Of a stretch of DNA of 64,000 nucleotides, positions 37,654 through 47,805 are shown in pieces (within the stretch, counting starts at the first letter, position 1; each line of letters opens with the position of its first letter). The notes beneath the pieces are model-generated. The model did no database searches, was not told the origin of the DNA, and saw nothing but the letters and a program-made list of their open reading frames with translations. The DNA is taken from positions 7,182-71,181 of the forward strand of contig JBGTHM010000030.1 of NCBI GenBank assembly GCA_041746255.1, in the 5' to 3' direction. The stretch comes from Fibrobacteria bacterium (GTDB taxonomy: Bacteria; Fibrobacterota; Fibrobacteria; UBA11236). The position numbers and the translations under genes were made by a program.

Positions 37654-40266
37654 ATGCAGGATAAACTTTGGCAGCGCACCGCGCGTGCCTATGTCGAATT
37701 CAGCTACCGGCATCCCTGGCCGCCAATACTGATTTTTCTGGCGTTGGGCCTGATAACCCTTTATTTGGGTACCGGATTACGCATCGAAACCGATTTACGG
37801 GTTTTGCTCCCCAAAAAAACCCCTTCCGTGCAGGCCTTGGAGGAATCGGAGCGCCGCATGGGCAGTACCGATTTGTTCACCCTCGCGATTCAGGCGCCCT
37901 CCGCCGAAGCCGTGGCGGCCTTCCAAAGAGACGCGGCCGCGGCGCTCTCCGAATGGGAAGGCGTTTCCTGGGTGCAATTCGATCAAGAAAGGGGCTTTTT
38001 CGAAGAAAAGGCCTTGCTGTATATGCCTCTGGGCGAATTGGAAGATTTGCGGGGCCGTATTTCGGACTTGGTGGGCAAAACCTTCGTGGAGCGAAACCCC
38101 TTTCTCCTCGATTTGGGTGACGACGATGAGGATTCAGAATCCCAGGGATTGCAAGGCTGGCCCGATACTCTGGCCTTACGACGCCAAGGCCTACCTCCGG
38201 ATATCGTGGCCGCTTTGCTGGCGAAAATCAATACCCACGATAATCGCAGCCCTACCGAAGAGACCTCGGCCCCGCGCGCTGATGCTGAAGATCCCGTCCG
38301 TCCCGATTCCTTAGCTTCGCGGCTTATGGGTTGGGACGGTAGCCGCGGCGCTTGGGTAGGCGTGGTATTGGCTCAACTTGACCAGCCTTCCACCAATGCC
38401 CAATTTGCTCAAGGTATTTTCGAGAAAGGCGAGGCGCTTATTCGCGAGTTAGATCCCGGGCGTTATCATCCTGAGATGATTGCGCGGGTTGCGGGCGCCT
38501 ATCGCAATTTCAGCGAAATCAAGCAAGTCAATACCGACATGGCGCTGGCGGGAACGATTTCCTTTTTGGGTGTATCGATTCTGCTTTTTCTGTTCCTGCG
38601 ACGATTCATCAATTTCGTTCTGGTCATGAGTCCGATTTTCATCGCCAGTTTTTGGACGCTGGGCGTTACCTACCTGATTTACGGACGGCTCACCTTATTG
38701 ACGGCCTTTATCCTGTCGCTGGTTTTGGGATTGGGGATAGAGTACTCCATTCACCTTTTCGGCCGTTGGGCGGAAGAGCGCCGTAAAGGCCAACATTCGC
38801 TGGAAGCCATGGTGGTCTCCCTGACCTATACCGGTAGGGCGTTGCTTTCGGGAGCGGCCACCAATATTTTCGCCATGCTAAGCCTGCAAGCGGGTAATTT
38901 TACCGGCTTCAAGGAATACGGTATCGTGGTCAGCTTGGGCATCGCATTCTGCCTTATCGCCTCTTGGGTCGTGATACCTCCGCTTTTCTTTTTATTTACC
39001 CGTTGGGGGACGGGTCTGGAAAGGGCGTTTCAGAATACGGATAACCGCGTGACGCGGAGCCTTGTGGGGCTGTGTCGATTTTTGCTTCCGGGAGAAAGCC
39101 TGGTTTCGGGAGGTAAGCTGCTGCCCCGTTTGCGGATAAGCGGCAAGGCTTTGAACCGGGTAGGTTACGCCGGCTTGGCGTTCACCTGCCTATTGCTCTT
39201 CACTCCGCCCGCCCAATTCGAAAACGACTTCCGGAATCTCCGGGGCGAGAGCACGGGGGCCGGCATCAGTTATGGACGCGCCGTAGGTAGCGGACGCAAT
39301 ACCTCCCCCTCCATTATTCTGGGCCATAGCGTGGAGCAGATGCGCCAGGTGCACGATTCCCTGGCGGCGCGTTTCGGCAGTCCGCCCGACAGCATGCTGC
39401 AAAGCTTCGTCACCATTTCCTCCTTTGTGCCCACCGAAGAGGAACAAAGCGAGAAAATCGAGGTGCTGGAAGAAATCAACGAATTGCTCGATGCGCGGGC
39501 CCTGGCGAATGTGGACGGGGATACCCGCGAAAAACTCGATCTGTTGCGGAGCTATGCCAGTCCCAGGCCTTTCGACTTCTCCGACCTTCCGGAATGGGCC
39601 CGGCGCTTCCTGACCGAAGCCGACGGCAGCCATGGAAAAATCGGATATATGTACGGACGGCTGCAGGAAAGCGACGCGATTGAGAGCGGTAAATTCCAAG
39701 ACCGCTTCGGTACTCTCCACTCCGAGTCGGGCCCGGTGCAGGTGGCGTCCAGCGGTTTCATCTACGCGGACGTCGTGCGCATGGTCAAACGCGACGGGGT
39801 CTATCTCGCCCTGGCCACCGTGTTTTTCCTCATGATCATCACCTGGGTAGACATGCGGAATTGGCGCGGTATGGCTTCGGTCCTGGGTTTCATCCTATTG
39901 TCCGGCTTTTGGACCTATGCGTTGATGGGCTTATTCGGTCTTAAGTTGGGCATGTTCAATCTGGTCATCATCCCGACCATACTCTCGGTTTCCGTCGATT
40001 CCGTGATCCATATGTACCATCGGCGCATGGAATTGGGCGCGGGGAAAATAGGCGAACTCATCCATACCACGGGGTCGGCGGTTCTCACGGGAACCCTGAC
40101 CAACGCCTTCGGATTCGCGGGCTTATGCTTCGTCAACCATAAGGGTTTGCAAACACTCGGGTATATGGCGACGCTGGGCATCGCCTCGGGGTTGGTGATC
40201 TTATTCACGATTCTACCCTGGTTTCTGGAACGAATTTGCCCCAAGGAGCCCGTCCGGGAATATTGA
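37654..40266 (+). CDS. MMPL/RND-superfamily exporter (two 6-TM bundles with large periplasmic domains)
   Basis: 870 aa. Duplicated hydrophobic bundles (…FLGVSILLFLFL…, …GFILLSGFWTYALMGLFG…) typical of MMPL/HpnN-like transporters. Confidence 0.75.
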   Translation: MQDKLWQRTARAYVEFSYRHPWPPILIFLALGLITLYLGTGLRIETDLRVLLPKKTPSVQALEESERRMGSTDLFTLAIQAPSAEAVAAFQRDAAAALSEWEGVSWVQFDQERGFFEEKALLYMPLGELEDLRGRISDLVGKTFVERNPFLLDLGDDDEDSESQGLQGWPDTLALRRQGLPPDIVAALLAKINTHDNRSPTEETSAPRADAEDPVRPDSLASRLMGWDGSRGAWVGVVLAQLDQPSTNAQFAQGIFEKGEALIRELDPGRYHPEMIARVAGAYRNFSEIKQVNTDMALAGTISFLGVSILLFLFLRRFINFVLVMSPIFIASFWTLGVTYLIYGRLTLLTAFILSLVLGLGIEYSIHLFGRWAEERRKGQHSLEAMVVSLTYTGRALLSGAATNIFAMLSLQAGNFTGFKEYGIVVSLGIAFCLIASWVVIPPLFFLFTRWGTGLERAFQNTDNRVTRSLVGLCRFLLPGESLVSGGKLLPRLRISGKALNRVGYAGLAFTCLLLFTPPAQFENDFRNLRGESTGAGISYGRAVGSGRNTSPSIILGHSVEQMRQVHDSLAARFGSPPDSMLQSFVTISSFVPTEEEQSEKIEVLEEINELLDARALANVDGDTREKLDLLRSYASPRPFDFSDLPEWARRFLTEADGSHGKIGYMYGRLQESDAIESGKFQDRFGTLHSESGPVQVASSGFIYADVVRMVKRDGVYLALATVFFLMIITWVDMRNWRGMASVLGFILLSGFWTYALMGLFGLKLGMFNLVIIPTILSVSVDSVIHMYHRRMELGAGKIGELIHTTGSAVLTGTLTNAFGFAGLCFVNHKGLQTLGYMATLGIASGLVILFTILPWFLERICPKEPVREY

Positions 40267-40296
40267 CTATTGGTTTGGGGTTCCTGTTTCCGGCTT

Positions 40297-40890
40297 TTAT
40301 TTGCGCGAAACGAAAGGGTTGTCCGCGAGGTAGAAGCGCAGCGGCAAATCGGCTCCCTGGGTAATGCCGATGCGCGTGGTGGTAACCACGTTTCCCCCCA
40401 AGGACGCTTGCCCGAGTTTAAGGCGGTTCCGGTTGCTTAAACGCAGGCTTCCCCGGTTTAAAGCCGCTCCGTTCTGGGAGAGGTTAATGTCCATGGCCTG
40501 TGCCAGTCGCCCGGGTCCGCTGCAAAGCCCTTTGCCGGTAGCCCCGGCACGGCGTTTGGCCATAAGGTCAAGGCCTTCCACGGGTTCTAACGCTCTTACC
40601 AGTACCGCCTCCCCGATGCCTTCAGGAGCTGTGACCACATTGAAACAGTGATACATGCCGTAGATGAGGTAAACATAGGCGGTTCCGGGGGGGCCGAACA
40701 TGGGCGAATTGCGGCGGGTTTGGCCTCTGGAAGCGTGGCAGGCGGGGTCATCGCGCAAGTAGGCTTCGGTTTCCACGATGCGGCCCACGGTTCGCCCTGC
40801 CGGACTTTCGTGCACCAGAAAGGTCCCAAGCAATTGGCGGGCAACGGTTACCGTATCCTGGTTGAAAAAATTACGGCGGGGTTGATGCAA
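40297..40890 (-). CDS. mpg: DNA-3-methyladenine glycosylase (Mpg/AAG family)
   Basis: 197 aa. Conserved AAG-family motifs ([24 protein letters not shown]). Confidence 0.85.
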   Translation of the reverse strand: MHQPRRNFFNQDTVTVARQLLGTFLVHESPAGRTVGRIVETEAYLRDDPACHASRGQTRRNSPMFGPPGTAYVYLIYGMYHCFNVVTAPEGIGEAVLVRALEPVEGLDLMAKRRAGATGKGLCSGPGRLAQAMDINLSQNGAALNRGSLRLSNRNRLKLGQASLGGNVVTTTRIGITQGADLPLRFYLADNPFVSRK

Positions 40891-41087
40891 AGCTACTCCT
40901 TACCCGGTACCCCAGCAAATTAGCCGCTTCCTTGGGCCAAGGAAAGTGGTTGGGAGGTTCTGGATTAGGGGTAGGGCAAAAATGTAACGGGATTGGGCCC
41001 GGAAAAAACATTTATTTAGAATAGGTAAGTTTAACGAGGGTGCTAATCATCCCTTAATGGGATTAGGGCTATTAACCGGGGATTTCG

Positions 41088-42404
41088 ATGCGGATTGTAA
41101 TGATGACCAATACGTATTTTCCGCATGTGGGCGGTGTGGCGCGGTCGGTCACGGGATTCAGCGAAGGGTTGCGTAACTCCGGTCATCAGGTGATGGTGGT
41201 GGCGCCGGAATTTCCGGATATGCCGGAGGAAGAGGTGAACGTCGTCCGCATCCCGGCCATTCAGCGATTCAACGGGAGTGATTTTTCGGTAAGGCTTCCG
41301 GTGCCCGGCTTTTTGGATGAGCCCCTGGAGGAGTTTTCACCTGAGATAATTCACTCTCACCATCCCTTTCTCGTTGGGGATACCGCGGTGCGCGTGGCGT
41401 CGGATAAAGGCCTTCCGCTGGTTTTCACCCATCACACGCTTTATGAGCAATACACCCATTACGTTAACGAACAATCCGAGGCGCTCAAACTTTTCGTGAT
41501 GGACCTTTCGACTGGTTACGCCAATTTGTGCGACCGCGTGGTGGCGCCCAGTCAAAGTATCGCCGATTTACTGGTCAAAAGGGGCGTGACCACTCCCATT
41601 ACAGTGGTTCCCACGGGCATCGATTTACAGCGCTTCAAACCCTCCGATCGAGTGTCGTTCCGCCGCGCCCAAGGAATACCCCCAGAGGCCTTTCTGGTGG
41701 GACATGTGGGGCGTTTGGCACAGGAAAAAAACCTGGCCTTTCTCACCGAAACCGTGGCGGCTTTTTTGCAAAAAAATCCGGAAGCATGGTTTATTCTGGT
41801 GGGCCAGGGTCCGCTCGAGCCGGAGTTACGGGGGATCTTGTCGAATCGCGGGGTGTCGGAACGGATTCGCTTTCTGGGGGTGTTGGGAGGGGATGAGTTG
41901 GCGGAGGCCTATGGTTGCATGGACGTCTTCGCGTTTACATCGCATAGCGAGACCCAGGGCATGGTTTTGGCCGAAGCGATGGCCTGCGGTGTGCCGGTTG
42001 TCGGCCTCGACGCGAGTGGAGTGCGCGAGGTGATTCGGGATTATGAAAACGGACGTCTTTTAAAACGGCAAGACGGTGAAGATTTTATCGCGGCCCTGGA
42101 ATGGGTCGGCTCACAGGATGAAGAAGGCGGCTCCCGGCTGCGTGAAGGGGCTTTGGCCACCGCACGCGACTTCTCACAGGAAAGCTCGGTGAAAAAGATT
42201 GTCGGCGTTTACAACCAGGCTCTTGAATTTCGCCGGCGCTCCTGGGAAGTATCCGAAGACGACCTCTGGTCTCAGGCGATTCGACGCATCCAGGCGGAAT
42301 GGGGGCTTCTCTCTAATTTGGCTCATGCGGCGGGTATGGCCATTTCCGGCTCCGATATTCCCACACTGGAAGCGGACCCTACCGGAACGGTCCATAATTC
42401 ATGA
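41088..42404 (+). CDS. Family 4 (GT-B) glycosyltransferase
   Basis: N-terminal MRIVMMTNTYFPHVGGVARSV, with a C-terminal EX7E-type region (GMVLAEAMACGVPVV). Confidence 0.8.
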   Translation: MRIVMMTNTYFPHVGGVARSVTGFSEGLRNSGHQVMVVAPEFPDMPEEEVNVVRIPAIQRFNGSDFSVRLPVPGFLDEPLEEFSPEIIHSHHPFLVGDTAVRVASDKGLPLVFTHHTLYEQYTHYVNEQSEALKLFVMDLSTGYANLCDRVVAPSQSIADLLVKRGVTTPITVVPTGIDLQRFKPSDRVSFRRAQGIPPEAFLVGHVGRLAQEKNLAFLTETVAAFLQKNPEAWFILVGQGPLEPELRGILSNRGVSERIRFLGVLGGDELAEAYGCMDVFAFTSHSETQGMVLAEAMACGVPVVGLDASGVREVIRDYENGRLLKRQDGEDFIAALEWVGSQDEEGGSRLREGALATARDFSQESSVKKIVGVYNQALEFRRRSWEVSEDDLWSQAIRRIQAEWGLLSNLAHAAGMAISGSDIPTLEADPTGTVHNS

Positions 42405-44830
42405 TTCAGGTTTTGGAAACGGGTCTTCGACGCCTGCGTCTTCTGGTAAGCCGAAGCGAATGGTCGCTTCGCTTTTTGAAGCTCGACCCTTCCGAGCTCC
42501 CCGAGTCGCAAAAGGGCCTGCTCATCATTCAAATCGATGGCCTGGCGCGTTCCCAGCTCGAAAAGGCCATTAAAGCCGGTCGCATGCCGTTTCTCCGACG
42601 GCTCCTGAAACGCGAAGGCTACTCTTTACATACAGTCTATTCAGGCATGCCGTCATCCACTCCGGCCGCTCAAGCGGAACTGTTTTATGGGGTAAAAGGC
42701 GCGGTACCGTCGTTTAGCTTTAGGGATAACGATACCGGTCGCTTCTCCGCCATGCTCCACCCCGAGGCTGCTCGTAAGGTGGAAAATCACATGGAGAAAG
42801 AGGGAGAGTCTCCGCTGCTGCGGGATGGCTGCTCCTATATGAATATTTTTACCGGCGGGGCCAAGGAATCGCATTTTTGCGCCTCATCCTTGGGTGCTGC
42901 GGATATCTGGAAACAGACCCGCTTCTGGCGCTTTTTTCCCGTGCTTCTCTGGAACCTGCGTAGCGTGGTGCGGCTGGTAACACTCCTTTTCGTCGAAATT
43001 TTTATCGCACTTTACGATTCGGTGCGGGGCGCCATCAAACTGGGCGAATATCGCCGCGAATTCATCTTTGTTTTTACGCGGGTGATTGTAGCGGTGGGGC
43101 TGCGCGAGCTGGTGGCGATTTTCGGAAGCATGGACGTGACTCGCGGTATGCCAATCGTGCATGCCAACTTCTGCGGTTACGACGAGCAGTCGCATCGGCG
43201 TGGTCCATCTTCGCGATTCGCCCAGTTCACCCTACGGGGCATAGACGGAGCCATCAAGCGATTGTGGCATGCGGCGCATCGCTCGCCGCGCCGCGATTAC
43301 GATATCTGGATTCTTTCCGATCACGGCCAAGAAACCGTCACGTCTTACTATCGCGAAAAAGGAAAATCGTTGCACGAGGCGATTTCTGAACTCCTGGGAT
43401 TAGAGGAAATAATTCCGACGAAAACCGGCAGGAATCAGGGCGGTGAAATGATGACCTTGGGGGGGAATTTCGAAAGTTACCTCCTCAAAGGGTTTCGTTG
43501 GATGAACAAAGAGTTGGTCGCGGCTTTTCCAATTTTACAAAAGGAAGTGCTGGTCACTTCCATGGGGCCCGTAGGTCAGTTGTATCCACCGGGACCCCTT
43601 AGTGCGGAGCAGCGAGAGGCCATGGCGGAAAAATTGGTGGCCGAACTGGGAATTCCCATTGTTCTCACCGCAGTACCCACGGAAAACAACGATCTGTCCG
43701 GCGAGGGAACGACTCCGGGTAGAAAAGCCTTGGCCTATACCGCGTCGGGACGGTACTTACTTCCGGAGGAAGCCGCCCCAGTTTTGGGTGAAAAACATCC
43801 CTTCCTGGAAGAATGCGCGCGCGACTTTGTCGATATCTGCCATCACCCCAATGCCGGCGTTTTCGTTCTTAGCGGTTGGCGGCCCCGAGGGCGCTCCCTC
43901 ACCTTCGGCTTTGAAAACGGGAGCCATGGAGGCCCCGGGTATGAGGAAACGCGCGCCTTTGCCCTGCTTCCGGGAAACGCGCCGCTTCCGGCCTATAAAG
44001 GCTACCTGCGCCACTCCGATTTGCGCGAAGCGGCCTTTCATGTGCGGGGACGGCGTTCGACGCTCTTGGACTACCGCCGCAAGGTACGTTTGGCCGAGAA
44101 AACCCTGCGGGTAATGACCTATAACATCCATGGCTGTGTCGGCATGGATGGCAGGGTATCCGCGGAGCGCATCGCCGAGGTGATCGATCATTACGAGCCG
44201 GATGTCATCGCCTTGCAGGAAAGCAAATCCTACCCTACCGGGCATCGCTATCAAAACCAAGCCGAAGAAATCGCCCATATCCTCATTCAGCGCTTTCATT
44301 TCCATTTGACCCCGCAGGTTGAGCAGGACGATTACGGAAACGCGATACTAAGTACCTTGCCTATGCGGCTACGTAAAAGAGGGCATTTGCCCACTCTGCA
44401 AAATCGCAATCTGGAGGAAAGGGGAGCCTTGTGGGCGGAGGTAACCCTACATGGGCAGAAATTGCAATTCATCAATACCCATCTGGGTTTGTTCTCCCAG
44501 GAAAGAATGCTCCAGGCCCAACATCTACTGGGAAAGGAATGGTTGAGTTCCGATGATTTCGAGGAGCCGGTAATCCTGTGCGGAGACTTTAACGCTTTTC
44601 CCTGGTCGGCAGCTTATAAAAAACTCGCACAAAGGCTCTATGAAGCCCAGGAAAATATGGCTTGGCATAAGCCCCTCGGTACGCTTTGGGGTCGCTATCC
44701 CGTCAGCCGAATCGACCATGTTTTCTGCAGTGTGGGTATCGAAACCCTTAAAATCGAGGTCCCTCGCACCCAATTGACCCGTTTGGCCTCGGACCATTTA
44801 CCGATTATTGCCGAATTGACCATTCCTTGA
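42401..44830 (+). CDS. Fusion protein with an N-terminal alkaline-phosphatase-superfamily phosphodiesterase/nucleotide pyrophosphatase-like domain and a C-terminal endonuclease/exonuclease/phosphatase (EEP) domain
   Basis: LLIIQIDGLARSQLE...TPAAQAELFYG resembles the type I phosphodiesterase metal-site. The C-terminal LRVMTYNIHGCVG...VIALQE...RIDHVF fits the EEP family. Start overlaps the GT4 stop. Confidence 0.6.
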   Translation: MIQVLETGLRRLRLLVSRSEWSLRFLKLDPSELPESQKGLLIIQIDGLARSQLEKAIKAGRMPFLRRLLKREGYSLHTVYSGMPSSTPAAQAELFYGVKGAVPSFSFRDNDTGRFSAMLHPEAARKVENHMEKEGESPLLRDGCSYMNIFTGGAKESHFCASSLGAADIWKQTRFWRFFPVLLWNLRSVVRLVTLLFVEIFIALYDSVRGAIKLGEYRREFIFVFTRVIVAVGLRELVAIFGSMDVTRGMPIVHANFCGYDEQSHRRGPSSRFAQFTLRGIDGAIKRLWHAAHRSPRRDYDIWILSDHGQETVTSYYREKGKSLHEAISELLGLEEIIPTKTGRNQGGEMMTLGGNFESYLLKGFRWMNKELVAAFPILQKEVLVTSMGPVGQLYPPGPLSAEQREAMAEKLVAELGIPIVLTAVPTENNDLSGEGTTPGRKALAYTASGRYLLPEEAAPVLGEKHPFLEECARDFVDICHHPNAGVFVLSGWRPRGRSLTFGFENGSHGGPGYEETRAFALLPGNAPLPAYKGYLRHSDLREAAFHVRGRRSTLLDYRRKVRLAEKTLRVMTYNIHGCVGMDGRVSAERIAEVIDHYEPDVIALQESKSYPTGHRYQNQAEEIAHILIQRFHFHLTPQVEQDDYGNAILSTLPMRLRKRGHLPTLQNRNLEERGALWAEVTLHGQKLQFINTHLGLFSQERMLQAQHLLGKEWLSSDDFEEPVILCGDFNAFPWSAAYKKLAQRLYEAQENMAWHKPLGTLWGRYPVSRIDHVFCSVGIETLKIEVPRTQLTRLASDHLPIIAELTIP

Positions 44831-45256
44831 GAATCGAGACCACCTTTTCCAGAAAAACTCCCAGCAGGAATGGGAGGGTCGCGGTATATTCTGGTTTATG
44901 TTCAATAAAAACGGCATGGCCTCGACCCGACGACCTCAGGAAAAAACTCCCCTCAAAGCCGAATGCCGCTGCGAGGCCGATAGTGAGCCTCGATATACGC
45001 TTAGATGGACCGGAAATGACCTTTCAGACCGTCTGGAGCCGGTGGTTGCACATGATTCGCCCATGCGGTTTTGCAACTTGGATCTTCAAGGGTCAATTTC
45101 CTCCCGGACCTTGCCTGTTTCCGGATATTTAAGTTTTTGATAATCGCTTCTTGCCATCCTCTCCCAATATCAACGCTTTAATTCGATTTCTAAACCGCTA
45201 GGATCCGGCATTCTATAGCGTCGGGTCCGCTAAATACTTACTTTTCCCATACTTTC

Positions 45257-45787
45257 GTGGCTCATACGGTGAGTTTTAAAGCCAAAGACGGGGCTATGAT
45301 GCAAAAAAATCCCGAATTGCAAAAAATTTTTGATAAACTGTGCGCTCCTGACGGCGAGCCCCGGGAAAGGCATCAAGCGCTCAGCAGCCTTAAGGATTTT
45401 TTGCGCGTCAATCCTAAGGACGATGTGGGAATGCGATATCTGCTGACGCAATGCCTACTCGAAACCGGGTTTGAAGAGGAGTTGGGCGAAATTCTGCAGC
45501 TCTATCCCGAAGACCAGGCTCCCGAAATCCGCTATACGCAAGCCCTTTGGACATTCCGCCGGGAAGGCCCGAGTCTTCAGGCCAATTTCGATTTAGCCGA
45601 GGCACTTACCGGTAACCCCTATGTTCCCGATTACCTGCTGCGGCGGAAAGCCCTACCGAAGTCACCTCCTCCCTTGGTTCAGCCTGGAGCGGAAGATGAA
45701 GCCATCACCTATGTCCTGAATTCACGGGAAAGCTGGCAAAAGACGCTGGGAGCCATTGAATGGCTGGCGATGAATACTTCTATTTAG
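45257..45787 (+). CDS. Hypothetical protein
   Basis: 176-aa ORF with coding-like composition and no recognisable motifs. Start uncertain. Confidence 0.4.
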   Translation: MAHTVSFKAKDGAMMQKNPELQKIFDKLCAPDGEPRERHQALSSLKDFLRVNPKDDVGMRYLLTQCLLETGFEEELGEILQLYPEDQAPEIRYTQALWTFRREGPSLQANFDLAEALTGNPYVPDYLLRRKALPKSPPPLVQPGAEDEAITYVLNSRESWQKTLGAIEWLAMNTSI

Positions 45788-45824
45788 GCCGCCGGAATCA
45801 CGAACCCCGGTTTGAGGAGGATTA

Positions 45825-46214
45825 ATGCTCTGTGCCAAGTGCCACTCACCCATGGAAAAGGTTAAATACCGCGAGGTAGAAGTCGATCGTTGCGTCAATT
45901 GCCAGGGCATTTGGTTCGATGGCCTGGAACACCGCCAACTGAAAGCCATGCCGGGCGCCGAAGCCGTGGATACCGGATCGGCCGAAGTCGGGAAGGTTTT
46001 CGACACCATGGAATCCGTCAAATGCCCGATTTGTGGAACGGTGATGGATACGGTGGAGGACACATGGCAGCGGCATATCCACTATGAAGTCTGTTCCCGG
46101 GGGCATGGAGCTTTTTTCGATGCCGGTGAGTTTCGCGATTTCAAAACCGAAACCTTGGCCGACTTCTTCCGCAATCTTTCGTTACGCCGCGGCCGCCGCG
46201 ATACCCCCTCCTAA
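45825..46214 (+). CDS. Zinc-ribbon domain protein (two CxxC...CxxC modules, TFIIB-type zinc-ribbon-like)
   Basis: CAKCHSPM...CVNCQGIW and CPICGTVM...CSRGHGAFFD. Confidence 0.55.
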   Translation: MLCAKCHSPMEKVKYREVEVDRCVNCQGIWFDGLEHRQLKAMPGAEAVDTGSAEVGKVFDTMESVKCPICGTVMDTVEDTWQRHIHYEVCSRGHGAFFDAGEFRDFKTETLADFFRNLSLRRGRRDTPS

Positions 46215-46220
46215 CCGCTT

Positions 46221-47630
46221 TCAGGTTACCGAACGCAAATAGTTTTCCACCTCCGTCTGGATTTCGCGCCGCACCCCGGCGCGGTTCCGGCTCAGGTTTT
46301 TAAGGTCAAGCCGTCCGATATACTTGGTACTGATGAGCGGGCGTAATACCGACATGGGAATATTGCAGGGATTATTCAGCAAGGCCAAGGGCACATCTCG
46401 GTTTGCGAAACCGGAATAAAGGTGTTTCGACTTGGCGATGGTGGTAAGCACCGGAACGGAGCGGCACACGGCCACCACATGCGCCACTATGCCTGGAGCC
46501 TGGTTCACCTTGGGGTTGTTCAGCAATCCTTCCAGCACCGAGTCGCGGGAGATATTCTGGTTGATGAGGGTGCGCATGTCCACGGAAATCTCGTCCCCCT
46601 TCAAGTAGGGAATGGACAGCATGTCCTTGCCAATCCACTGCGCATAGGCGCGGTGTCGCAAATCCACTTCGATATGGTCGCGAAAAATCTTCGCGCCGCT
46701 GCCCGTCAGCCTACCCATCAACACCTTGGCTCCCACCTCACCCTGAAGGGTGAAAAGCCCCTCGTCATAACCCTTAAGAGCGGTTTCCAGGCAATCCAGC
46801 GGCGTAGGAGTTTCTTCCATCGCTTCGGCTGCCCAGCGGCACAACGTGCTCAGGGCGATCAAATCGGCGGAAGCAATTTTCTTCTCCAATTGTAAGGAGA
46901 GGATGCGGGTTAATTGAGCCAGTTCCGCGCGCTTTTGCACCTTTCCCCACCATTTCTCGAATGCGGCCGGTTTCATGCGGTCGGCCAATGTGAGCGTGGG
47001 TTGGCCTACGGGCTCGCGGTACTTGAGACGCTTAGCGAGTTCGAGTCCGCCCTGCACCAACTCGTCATAGATGCGCAGTCGCGGGAGTACCCGCGCCATT
47101 ACCTTCATGTCATAGGGGTCTACGTTTTCGGATAGCCAATCAACCCGCTCCCTTAATGCCAGCGCTTCGCATTCGATGAGGAGAATTATCGCATCTACTT
47201 CCGGTTCCGCTATGGGCTGCCCCGCCAGCAGCCCTTCAAACTCCTTTCGCGCGCGCTTTACCGCCTCCTTGAAATCGGAAAGGCTCCAAAGCGCCAATCC
47301 ATCGCGGAGGGTTTTCGCCAATTGCAACTCATGCGGAGAATGGGCGCAATTGGATTCGATGCGCATGAGGATTCGTTGCAGGCGTTGGACACGGAGGGCG
47401 CGCCTGCCGATATGGGCGTGGGCCGGTTCGATATGGAGAAGGCTGAGACAGAGGCGCTCCAGCCAATTGCGGGAAGGTTCCGTTTCACCCAATAGCGCCA
47501 ATAAATCATCTGCGGGTAAGCGCTCTTCGGTGCCGACGAAGAATTGGGCCAGCTTTTCCGCGCCCATAGCATAATCCTGAAGCTTTTCCAACTCGTTTTC
47601 AATGAGATTCCAGGGGGATGGGAGCTTCAC
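46221..47630 (-). CDS. Hypothetical alpha-helical protein
   Basis: 469-aa ORF with no recognisable catalytic motifs. Confidence 0.5.
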   Translation of the reverse strand: MKLPSPWNLIENELEKLQDYAMGAEKLAQFFVGTEERLPADDLLALLGETEPSRNWLERLCLSLLHIEPAHAHIGRRALRVQRLQRILMRIESNCAHSPHELQLAKTLRDGLALWSLSDFKEAVKRARKEFEGLLAGQPIAEPEVDAIILLIECEALALRERVDWLSENVDPYDMKVMARVLPRLRIYDELVQGGLELAKRLKYREPVGQPTLTLADRMKPAAFEKWWGKVQKRAELAQLTRILSLQLEKKIASADLIALSTLCRWAAEAMEETPTPLDCLETALKGYDEGLFTLQGEVGAKVLMGRLTGSGAKIFRDHIEVDLRHRAYAQWIGKDMLSIPYLKGDEISVDMRTLINQNISRDSVLEGLLNNPKVNQAPGIVAHVVAVCRSVPVLTTIAKSKHLYSGFANRDVPLALLNNPCNIPMSVLRPLISTKYIGRLDLKNLSRNRAGVRREIQTEVENYLRSVT

Positions 47631-47805
47631 GATAACCTAGCAAGTACGATGAATCGGGCGTGGCAGTGTTAACTTGTCCCTACAATTATACCATGGTTGC
47701 GGGAGGTATCCCACGCTTCACCGGGAGGGGTCCAATTTTATACCTTAGATTCCCTACCGAAGGAAAAAACGCAACCGGCCGCAATCGCAGTCGAAGCAGG
47801 GGAAG

